From contig NW_026250404.1 of assembly GCF_024521635.1 (NCBI RefSeq), positions 1,550,001 through 1,614,000 of the forward strand: a stretch of DNA of 64,000 nucleotides, written 5' to 3'. Position 1 is the stretch's first letter. Each line of letters starts with the position of its first letter. The notes under the pieces were generated by a model. That model saw only the letters and a program-made list of their open reading frames with translations. It was not told where the DNA came from and did not search any database. Source of the stretch: Tricharina praecox (lineage: Eukaryota). Both the position numbers and the translations under genes were made by a program. Positions 25,832 to 36,492 of the stretch are shown in pieces.

Positions 25832-26780
25832 CCGCCCTCCTGACCAACCTGATACCACAACCACTACCACTACCACTACCTACCACCACCACCACCCCCA
25901 GCCGAAAAAAGTTCAGCTTACCCATTTCAACTCCTACATACAACAACACATATCATCCCCCGACCCCCTCGACCATCTCCCTTCCCGCCTTTTCCAATCG
26001 TCAACTACAACAAACAAAGGAAGGCACAAAAAATATCCCGTCGACTCCAGCAATTCCCTTTCGTCTGATCTTTTGTGTCGCTCGTTCGTCGCCCTCCCAT
26101 CGGTAACTGATCGATTGAAACTCTATTCCGCTCCGACCACCGAACACCGCCAACTGGCAACCACGACCCATCGCAACTCGCCTCGTCTCAGCCTTACCAG
26201 CCCGTCCAATTAAACCACGAAATCGAAGCTGTCGTTTCGCACCAGAGAGATATCACCATCCACCATCCGCTTCGATTACTGGAGGACTGAGTCTTCACCA
26301 CTTGCTTTTTGCTGCGGCTGAATTGAAAGAGAAAAGACAACTGAAAGAGAAATAGAGGGAGAAAATTAAAGGGAAAATCTTCAGCTCTGAAGAACCTTTG
26401 GGATACCTGAAGGCTCTCCGATAAATAAAACAGAAGAAAAATAAAACATATTCGCACCGACAAAGTCGGGCAGCTTCAGGCAGGTTCGCCCTGCACCAAT
26501 CGCCAACATAGCGGCCGATAAGTCTCAGTCGCCGGTCGGTCAGCATTGGCCTGATCGGTTGTTGTCGTTAAGGGACCAGTACCACCAACAACACCAGTTC
26601 CCTCTGTCTCCCGACAACACCCAGCCTCGGTACGCGACCGACCAATACAACAACGGAAACGGCAACATCGTCTTTCGGGACGGGTTCTGGAGTCCGACAA
26701 GTGAGAGGAACGGCTCAGGCTCAGGCTCAACCAGTAGGAGCCCGGACGAAGCCAACAACAACAGCGACGGTTTCTTCCGT

Positions 26781-28579
26781 ATGGCAGATGCAGGTCTGCA
26801 CCATTGCCACTCTAACCGAAGCTTCGGCAGACTCTCAATATCGTCAGCCTCTACCACGTCTTCAGGCGCCTCCTCCATGGTGGGACGCACAATGTCAAGT
26901 TGTTCACCAGACTCGTCAACGAGTTCATCGCCGCCCTACAGATGCTCGCCTCTCCCGACAGACGAGCCAGTCACCAAGATCGAGGAGGTGGACGATGATG
27001 ACAAGAGCCAACTGATGAGCGTACCGCAAATCCCGACAACGCTCACCAACGGCGAGCCGGTCAAGCGTGGAAGAGGACGGCCGCGTAAACACCCCGTACA
27101 GCCACCGAAGACTGTCCAGAAGGTTACGAAAGGGCGGTCCAAGACCGGATGCATCACATGCAGACGTCGCAAGAAGAAGTGTGACGAGACAAAACCTGAA
27201 TGTACGCTGCATTCGCCCCTCCAAAAAAAAACCCATGTGGTTTGGCCTACTAATGACATTTCTTCTTTTTTGCAGGCAACAACTGCGTCAAGAACTCAGT
27301 GGTGTGTCAAGGGTACCCGGAGAAGACTGTTTGGCAGCCGGGGCGACACAAGAACGAAGGTAGAGCCAACTCTGTATATCCCCCTTTCTCGCCGCATGAG
27401 ATCCTAACCGTTGCAGCGCGACAAGCAGCCAACGCCATCAGCCAGTCATTGCCCACCCTGGTAGATGGAGTCGAAAGTCGTATGGACCACTTCTTGTTGG
27501 ACCATTTCACGCACCGGGTCAGCAGGATTCTAACGCTGTTCGACGATGACAGCAACCCATTTCACGATTTCCTGCTGCCTCTGGCGATGCGGCACCGGGC
27601 GTTGATGCACTCCCTGCTGGCCTTGTCGAGTTCGCACCTCGCCAACTCCAACGACCAACATCCCGACTACCAACAAGCTCAGGGTCATCATCTTAGCGAG
27701 GCACTGTCGGCTCTGCGACTGGGGTTGAACGATGGTTCGAGCAGTAACGATGCGGCTACAACCTTGATACTGTGCTTGGACTCGATCGCGAAGGGCGACA
27801 CTTCGGGCGAATACCGACCGCATCTCGAGGCGGCACGGGTAATGCTTTCGTCTGACAAGAGTCAGGAAGACATCCCACTCAGACGTTTCTTGTACGAGTT
27901 CTTTGCGTACCACGACGTCGCCAACTCGGTAACGATCCTGAACCGGAATCCGAGCTTTCTGAGTGACCTCCCGATGCCGGCATTCATAATGCAGCCTGAG
28001 ACTGGAGCTCTCCTCGGTGTGCTCGACGGACTGTTCACCCACATGTCCAAGATCACGATATTGAGGAATCAGATCCGTGAACGCAGGGAGAAGCATATCG
28101 ATCCAGCGGTCGATTACAAGATGCTCACTCAGGCCGTCGCAATCGACGCCGAGATTCACGAGTGGAAGCCCGCACAGCCGCCGAACTCGGTTAGATATAT
28201 CGCGGCACAACTCTACCGCCAGACAACTTGGGTCTACCTCTACAGGACCATCATGCCTTCTCAAGCGTCGCCCAAGATCCTGAGCGCGGTGGAGGCTGGT
28301 CTGGAGTTTATGCGCTTGCTCCCGGAGCATGCGGGTACGCAGAGCATTCTGCTCATGCCGCTGTTCTTACTCGGTTGCGCAGCATTCGATTCGTCTCAAC
28401 GGCCAGAGATCAGCCGGAGATTCAGCGGTCTGCACGAATGGTCCGGCTTGGGCAACATCGTACCGGCACACGATGTGGTCAAGAAGATTTGGGGGCTGAT
28501 GGACGCCGGAGATGAGGAGGCTACTTGGGACTGGGAGTCGTTGATTCAACAAATGGGATACGATTTCCTGGTCACCTAG
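26781..28579 (+). CDS. AT-hook + Zn(II)2Cys6 transcription factor with fungal-specific TF domain (architecture resembles Aspergillus OefC-type regulators, recalled not verified); introns 27202-27275 and probably 27360-27416; true start may be upstream
   Basis: AT-hook KRGRGRPRKHP; binuclear cluster CITCRRRKKKCDETKPE|CNNCVKNSVVC restored across a GTACGC...ACTAAT...CAG intron; C-terminal domain with NPF..LLPLA..H..LMHSLLALSSSHL, FFAYHDV and ILLMPLFLLGCAAF. The first in-frame AUG is 26781. Confidence 0.93.
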
Positions 28580-31500
28580 ACGCGTCGATTTTGCTGGAGA
28601 GGCGTTGGGATGGGCGGAGGGGTCTTTTTTTCTTTCTCTTCACTGGCGTTGTCGTTTTTCCGCATCGTTTTTTTTTCATTTTGCTTTTACCTTTCCTGCA
28701 TTTTCACTTCTTTATGGGGTCGGAGTTTCGGATTTGTGTTTTTCTTCTTTTTCTTTTCTTTTTCTTTTCTTTTTCTTTTTCTTTTCTTTTTCTTTTTCTT
28801 TTCTTTCTCTCAGCGTTCTTGGTCTGTCGACATCTCATATCCCTCTTACGTTTCCTGGGGAGCTTTTTCGTGGATGGCTTCAGTTTTTACTAGTACCTTT
28901 TTTCCCCCGAATGTTTCATTGACGGCCGATGTTTTTGAGTGGGTCTATGTTTATACTTCCTCCTTGTGTCCTGTTTGCCAGTTTTTGGTTTGTTTCACTC
29001 CATCTCCGAATTAGGGCGGCTATCTGTTTGATTTTCTTTATGTTCATTTCCCGCAATTTTTCGTTTTTTCTTGGACGGGGCCAACCAGGCAACTTGGGGC
29101 ATCGCATTTCTCGGCATGCGAGTGTTGTGTCGTGCAGAAGTGCAGGAGAATTTAGACTTTGGGTAGAGAGATATATGTACCCGAATCTGTGTGGCCTTTT
29201 GATTTCCAGTTTTTGTTTTTTTGTTTTTTACTTTCAGATGCTTCGTTTTGCAAATGCTGGTGGGGCTTTTTTTTCCTGTTGTCTTTTCTTCTTCTGCTCG
29301 GTTCTATTCTAACTATGCTCTACCTATCAAAGGATCTTTTCCTTCTCGTCGCTTGAAGTACGTATACGGGGGGACGGTACGGTACATATGAACATTAAAG
29401 GCAATGGCTGGCGCAGGAGGAGGAGGAGGAAGCTTCAAGCTTGCTGCTTGCAGGACATCAGGGTGTCCCTACCTACATACATAGAGTACAATGTATATCT
29501 GAGCTACCTATCCGTCTATCCCACTTGCATACGAGTATGTACATAAGTGCCTGATGTTTACTGCCTGTATGTACGTACAAGTGTCAATCACGAAGAAGGC
29601 GGCAAAGGCTTGGTTGAAGGCAGCTTCTCTACACTAACTACTACTACATAGTAGTAGTAGAAGTAGGTGCTCTAGTGTAGTAGTGCAGTGTAGTAACTAA
29701 ACCTCCGCGAATCTGCCATATGATGTCGACCAGCAGTAGTTTTGTGCGGAGGATGCATGTGGAGTATCATCTACCCACCTACCACTTACCCACCTGCTAC
29801 CTACCCAGCTACAGTAGATACAGTACAGTAGCTGTGCATCCCCCGACCCCGTCTCCGCCCCGTACCTGCAAAACTTTCTTCTTCTTTCTTCTTCTTCCGA
29901 GTCTTTCCTCTTCTTTTTTCCCTCGTCAATCACCCCACCACCCCCCACCACTCTCCAGCCCCACCACTCTCCGGCCCCGTCCCTGACCCTGCCCTGTCCT
30001 TCACTCGCTCGTCCGTCCGTTCGTACCTTTCCGCGGGATTTTTCCCTTCGTCCCCGAGATGTTTTTTTTGTTTTTCTTTTGCTGCTTTTCTTTTGCGGCT
30101 TTTCTTTTTCTGGGTTTGGTTTTTTAGTTTTGGGAGGGTTGGAGATGCGAGGGTGGGATATGCACATCCACACATGCACATCCACACGACGTCCACGACC
30201 GTCACCCCCCCTCCCCCTCCCCCCCGCCTCTCCGCGTCCCTCCCGATACCGCGGAGGCGCATGGATGGATGTGTGGATGGATGGGTGGGTGGATGGGGGA
30301 TGTGCGGTGTGCGGTGTGTCTACGGTGTGTGTGCGGTGTATGTGTAGTGTGTGCGACGGACCGGACAGGACAGGACAGGACGGGATAGGGCAGTCCAGGG
30401 CCAAGAAAGCATATCATGCCTGTGCCTGTGCTTCCCTAGTTACGTGGGGGAGGGAGCCTGGAGGGGGAAAATTTCACCCCGCCCACGCATGCCACCCACG
30501 CACCTACGCATCAACGCAATGATAGGGCTGACGAAGTGCCCCGAAGTCTGTTCACGGACGTAACCAGTTACTGTAGACGTAACTGTGTGATAGACGTGGA
30601 TGGGTAGACGTGGGTGGGTAGACGTGGGTGGATGCGGGGAGGGGTCCTAGTGGTCCACCGCCGGTGGAGGTGGAGGGGAGGTGGAGGTGGGTAGGAGGTG
30701 GGTTACGTTTTGCCGTTGGCAAAGCGAATCGAATGGATTGCGTTGCTTTTTTTCTCGAGAGGGAGACTGAAGGGAGAGGGACTGACTGATGGGAGAGGCC
30801 GGGACGGTACGGTGAGCGGCGTTTGCTGCGTGTGTATCTCCCGACGGCGACGGCGACGGCGACAACGGGGAGAAGGAGATGCTACGGAGTCTGGATCTGG
30901 CAGTAATCTAGAGTAGTTGGGTACGCATACGTCCCAACACCTCAACTCTACTCTCCGTAGGTAGGTACCGTGCGGGGATAGGAAGATGAACTTGGAAAGG
31001 CCGGAGCCGGTCCAGAAGTGAAGCTGCAAAGGTGCAAAGGTGCAAAGGTGGCGGGCGAGATGGTGGCTACATACGACGCTGTTCTTGCTCGCTCGCTCGC
31101 TCGTTGGCGTTGGCATTGGCGTTGGAATTGGCGTTGGGCGTTGTGGGGTACATACCTCCTACATACATACATGCTGCGATACTTCGTACGTCCCTCACCC
31201 GTAGATCACCCCCCCTCCCCTCTGCGGAGTAGTGGTGTTGTGCGGCCACAAAATTGCCTGGCCACTGGTGATGGTGGTGTGGTGCGGGGCGGGAAGTTTT
31301 TTTTTGCTCACCTCATGTAGGAAGTATCTACAGTACCTGTCATGTATCGTACTATCGTGTATCGTACTATCGTGTCCATGCATCCATCTCCGGTACATAA
31401 AGTACAGCTACCGTAGGTATATATTTTTCGTGTGTCACCCCTCTCCAGTCCAGTCCAGCTTCCAGGAGGATGGTGAGCATGTGAGTACATAAGCATGTAT

Positions 31501-32175
31501 GTATCTGCAGGGCATTGGTGTGCTGTGCGGGGTGTGCCGTGTTGTGCGGGGGGCGGGCGAATGTGTGGGTGTGCGGGGTGCGGGGAGGGTACATATGCTA
31601 GTCGAGGACATGACGTTATCACTCGGCTATCGACACTGACGCAGACGCAGATGAAGTGTTTTTTGGCTTGATAGGCTTTTCCGGGGTGCGTTGGCGCTGG
31701 ATGGATGTGCCGATTGCAGATTTGGATTGCATTTGAGTGGCGTTTGATGGGACGGGAGGGGGAGGGGCACATGACGAGCAGATGGGGAGGGGGTGGGCGG
31801 GGGTGAGGTTGCACAGAGGGAAAATCGAGTGAGTGAGTGATGACTTATGACGCAAAGCGCAGCAGCGGAGAGAATGTCCGTTCTGCTTGCTTCTGCGGGG
31901 GGTTCTAGAACTCAATGGCGACGACGCCACTGGGACTGACTCGTAAATCGCATTGCATGCTGTACTCTAGGTACTTGGTTAGTGCTTATGTATGCATGTA
32001 CCGGAAACTGGAGGGAGTTCCAAATTCGAGATTGGGCATTGAGCGGTAAACCGTCGAACAGCCAGGTGAAACAGCGGAATGGCTCTCACTGACCAAACGA
32101 AGCATGTCTGAATATGGGAATGTACCGCGGAGACGATGTAGGTTTACGTAGGTAGGCATAATAGGGCTAGAATTT

Positions 32176-34365
32176 TCAAACCCCTGCCGGACTCCCCAGT
32201 TCCCAGTCTCCAGTTCTAGATGTCCGCCAGGCAGGTATGATAATCAAACCGCATCTCCTCAACTCTTTCGATTGCATCAACATCGCTGACCATTCCCGCA
32301 CTGTCCTAGCGATGTCGGAACCATCCCAGCCGAGCTCATGAAGCCAATTCTCGAGTCTCGACCCGTAGAAGAACACCGACCATTCAAGCCCTTATTCGGA
32401 CGGCTCCTCTTCTTGGCGAATAAAGATATCATCGGTCTAGTTCCAAAGTTCGTCGTAGTAAATCAGCTGAGTACTCAGCGTGATTTTATCCGGAAAAAAA
32501 ACCGAGCTGAGAGAATATGATACGGAAGTAGATACAGTGTTCGACATAGTCCGGACCGGACGGACTGCAAAGATCTGGTCCATTCTGGCCCCTTGGACAG
32601 ACTGCGTAAAAGTAGTCCGTCCAGTTCGTGGATTGGGTGTTCTTGGCATTGGACTGCAGTCCATCCTGCCCTCAATTTTTTTTGGACTAGTCCGTTCGAA
32701 CACCGCACCCGGACGGGCTGTCAAGATACAGTCCAGTCAGAGGCTCAGGACGGACAGACTGGACTATGTCGAACGCCGTCCCTGAACTTGATGCGAGAGA
32801 GACCCTCCAGCAATGAGCACAATACTCATGTCTGTATCCACTGGTTCTTTAAGAAACAGTCGGAGAATGGTGATTTCTGCTCCAAACAGTGCAGCCAAGA
32901 TCACCATATCCATCGTTCCTGGGTTCTGGAAGATTGCATTCCGGTCGACGTCTCGAGATCCTACTTTGCATAGAGCTCGCGAGCTTCAAAGAATGCCTTG
33001 CCGAATCTTGGGTGGACATCCCTGATAGTGGTATACCTACACAGGAGTATGTGTAAGAACGTGGTGAGGATTCCTGCCGTACCCGTTGGGAACGATGACG
33101 CTCGCAGGGCTATTCCCAATATTCTCCAACTCTTGAGGAGCTTGATTGTGGTATTGTAGAGATAAGACTTCTTCTACTAAATATTTTGGATTCCCGTCAA
33201 CGGCAATCTGTATGTCCACGAGGACTGCATTCTTTGGCTGGGGATACTCAAAGCGCAATTCGGCATCGACGGGATAATCACAGGCAGTGGGCAAGTGAGT
33301 TGCAACTTGTCGTTGACCAAGCCCGGCCGTGCCCCATAATCGGCAACCCCAGTCGTTTGTTATCGGTGCTGTACACATGAGGGAGTGGCTGGCTCTCGTT
33401 GGTGACCCAGAAGAGTTTGTCTCCTTTGTAGAACTGGTCCTTAAATAAACAGCATCTGCTCCACATAAAACATGGCCACGAATTGTGTTCGCTATACTGG
33501 CGGCCTTGGAGAATCAGAAAAACAATTCAATCCACGCCTAGACGTTGTCGTTCTGCATGTGGCAATCTCCCGTGGCATGAAAGATGGCGACCTTTCGCGC
33601 TTCCTCATCCGGAAAATTGTAATAGGATCGGTCCCCGAGAAAGTCCTCGACTTGCTTGCTTGTGTCCATCTCTTTGCGAAGTTGGATAGGAAGCCGACGG
33701 GGAGCAGCTGTTCCACTAGTAATTCGTCTCATTCCGAAGACCTAATAGTTGAGTCAAAATTCCGCGTACATAGGGCGAGTAGGCGTCCATATGTCTGTGA
33801 GCCTTTCGTATATCATAATGCATCACATGGGTTCAGGCGCACTCACAGCCCTCACACTTATTATCCAGACTGCTCCAGATTATCCTTGTGTAATCTGCCT
33901 CTTGTGGGGTGGCCTGTGGTTGTGGCTACTCCAGATTGCTCTTCGGTCTTTGGCGGGTACTGTGATGCCAGCAGTAGTGCAGCCTGCCCATCCTCTATTA
34001 ACCCCATGTATCGATTTCCGGAAGAAATATGGCCCGGTTTTCCAGCTTGAAATGTGGACAGACGAGTGCAGCCAGAATAGGAGGGTTTCGAATGTGGCTC
34101 ACATAGCACTCCACAGTACTTGAACATGCAATCTTTCGACGAGAACGCAGGGTCGTCCCACTTGTTGGGGCCTGTGTACGGAAATGGAAGTTGTATCAAT
34201 TCGCCAGTAGAACACCTCTTGGTCTGAAGTGGAGCTATATTAATCAGATCCGTATTTCACGGTAACATTTGTTCATGAGTTCTCGTCGAATGGCAGCTGT
34301 ATTAGAGCTGTGTGCTCGTCAATTGAGTAAACGTCATTGAAAGTAAGTATATAGGTAAATTCCAT
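32176..34365 (-). pseudogene. Probable decayed protein-coding gene of unknown family, interrupted by a MITE
   Basis: A repeat-free stretch inside otherwise microsatellite-rich DNA. The minus strand gives collinear protein-like fragments broken by stops or frameshifts, e.g. ELIQLPFPYTGPNKWDDPAF, KDQFYKGDKLFWVTNE, IRDVHPRFGKAFFEARELYAK*, QLIYYDELWN*TDDIFIRQEEEPSE*GLEWSVFFYGSRLENWLHELGWDG. No family recognised. Confidence 0.45.
32535..32778. mobile_element. 244-bp MITE with 18-bp TIRs (Tc1-like CAGTG end)
   Basis: Left TIR TA|CAGTGTTCGACATAGTCC (32535-32552); right TIR GGACTATGTCGAACGCCG (32761-32778), 16/18 inverted identity. Many internal GGAC/GTCC motifs and the palindromes GGACTGCAGTCC and GGACTAGTCC. 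Confidence 0.8.
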
Positions 34366-34648
34366 TTCTTCTGCTTCCTCAGACTGTAGATATACTGCGA
34401 TGACCTCCTGAAGTCAGGTACTTCTCCGAGTTCGTCAGGTGTTATTCGTAGTACTACGGTGGAGAATTATCGTTGTTGATAGTCGCTGGCAGCTGTCGTT
34501 GACTGACGAGGGAGCTCCAGCTTAAGCTCGCGGGTTCCAAAGGACGCTAACGTTAGCGGCCGAACGCCGAGCCTCCCCTTATGTATCCATACCCCGCCAT
34601 GACCCATCACGCATCCATCCATCCAGACGACCACCACCCCGAACAGCA

Positions 34649-36049
34649 ATGGCGACAACGACGATAGCCGACGAGGACGACACGTACATTGACTACGACG
34701 CCTTCCTAACGCCTCAATTCTCGGCGCACTCCTTCGCCAACACGTTAATCCTGGGCACAAACGTTGATCCATCGGATCCCACCCTCGACCTGACCACGCC
34801 ATTGTCGCGCGTCCTCTTCGATTTGCAGGAGATAGATACGCACATTCACGCGCTCACTACTGCCTCCGCACTACCGCTATTGTCGTTCACCGCTACATCC
34901 CGCGATGCCTCGGAATCCGTCCTGGCAGCCGTGGATGCACAGCTCGATGCTCTGAAGACCGCGCACGAGCGGTTGCGCCGCGATGTCGCGGACCGCAGTC
35001 ACGTGGCTGGACAGGTTCTCGTCGCGGTGGAAAGGCTCCACGCCGTGACGACGCAGCTTCGAGAGCTGGGGCGGGCATTGGTTGTGGCACGGCAGATTGA
35101 AGTGCAGATGCAAGAGCTTGGACGGGGCGGTGGCGGGGGTGGTGGTGGGAGTGCGGGGGGCAGAGGCGATGGCGGTGCGGAGTACAACAAGGCGCTTGTG
35201 CGCGTAAGCCATAATATCCGCGAGCTGCGGCTGGGGAGGGTCCTGGCGGATGTGGACGACGATGTAATCCTGGCGCAGGACCTAAAGAAACATGTGTTTG
35301 TGCCGGCGGAGACGGCAGTGCTGGCGAAGGCTAGGGATGCGGTGTTAGCGTTCGAGCCCGTGGCGCCCTCTACCGCTGCCTCGGGGAATGGTACTAGCAA
35401 CGGGAATGGTAGCGGCGGTACTGCGCCGACATCGGCCGCGGCAACATCAGCATTCGGAGTAGGAGTTGCGGGCGGTGCCGGGGCCGAAGTGATGCGTGCT
35501 CGTGCCGCAGCAGGAGTACTAGCACTATACCTCCTCTCGCGGGAAGAGGCGGTCCTCCTCACGAACGCCGTTCAAACCCACCTCAACAGTGCTGTCAACG
35601 CCAGTCTCACCGCGCTCACCCGGAGTCTCACCGCACTGACCACGCTCGACCGCAGCGTGGGCGAAGTCGCCGCCCGCTGCCAAAACCTAGTCGCCCTCCA
35701 AGCCCTCCTCTCGGGCATCCCGGTCCCAACGGAAGATATCGCCGACGACCAACAGCAACAGCGAAAACAAAAATCTCTGCTCGACCCAGTGTTAACGCAA
35801 CTCGACAGCGGCGGCGGCTTGCCAAGTATCTTCTTCCGCAGTCTGGCGGCAGGGATAGAGCCGCGGGTGCGGGAAGTTGCTGCGCGGGGTGGCGCGAATG
35901 CTCGCATTTTGAAGGGCGCGAAGGATCGTGTAAGGAATGCGTTCCGTGCGTGTGTGGAGCGGGGATTGGTTGGTGCTGCGGCGGAGCGAGGGGCGGTCGA
36001 GTTTGAGGTTGCGGTTATGGTTGGGGCTGCGGGGGCACTGGGAAGATGA
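34649..36049 (+). CDS. COG5: Conserved oligomeric Golgi complex subunit 5 (single exon, 466 aa)
   Basis: N-terminus YIDYDAFL.PQFS..SFANTLIL.TN...D..LDLTTPLSRVLFDLQEIDTHIH and C-terminus ...EFEVAVMVGA are typical of fungal Cog5. Confidence 0.9.
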   Translation: MATTTIADEDDTYIDYDAFLTPQFSAHSFANTLILGTNVDPSDPTLDLTTPLSRVLFDLQEIDTHIHALTTASALPLLSFTATSRDASESVLAAVDAQLDALKTAHERLRRDVADRSHVAGQVLVAVERLHAVTTQLRELGRALVVARQIEVQMQELGRGGGGGGGGSAGGRGDGGAEYNKALVRVSHNIRELRLGRVLADVDDDVILAQDLKKHVFVPAETAVLAKARDAVLAFEPVAPSTAASGNGTSNGNGSGGTAPTSAAATSAFGVGVAGGAGAEVMRARAAAGVLALYLLSREEAVLLTNAVQTHLNSAVNASLTALTRSLTALTTLDRSVGEVAARCQNLVALQALLSGIPVPTEDIADDQQQQRKQKSLLDPVLTQLDSGGGLPSIFFRSLAAGIEPRVREVAARGGANARILKGAKDRVRNAFRACVERGLVGAAAERGAVEFEVAVMVGAAGALGR

Positions 36050-36492
36050 ACATGCACGGGGGCATACTTATCAACGAAGTGGGCATATAGGGCGTTTTGG
36101 TTGGGCATTACGATAGATCGATACATAATGAATAAAAGAAGCAAAATTGGCTGCATCATCCATATCACTCGTGCATCACTGCACGCAAGTATCTAACCTC
36201 GTTCCTCTACGAGAACCCCTACGAATACATGCGGGTGTCGGGATACACTTCCTTCCCCACAAGGATCCAATTCCAATCCAAAAATAACAGGACGATTTGG
36301 ACAAACAACAATAGATGATAGATATTGCTTGCAGCCCGCAAATTGTCGGACAGCTAAGTACTCTCCATCATCTACAGCACACACAGCCAGCAGTAAAGTC
36401 AAATTCGAGTAGAGAAACCAAACACAAACTCCGAAAACACCCCATCCCTCCTTGGTATGTGAAACTTACACCATCATCCCCCGCCTTAGGTG

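Noticed and set aside
222..26400. Numerous 60-230 aa ORFs from the ORF track in the left half
   Set aside because: Mostly non-AUG starts and translations of microsatellites (poly-HT, CV, LLC) with no recognisable domains. Only ERV1 is supported.
27530..28330. Long antisense ORFs over real genes (266 aa here; also over COG5, NUP42, RMI1, ELP1, MTR4)
   Set aside because: Expected shadows of GC3-rich coding sequence.
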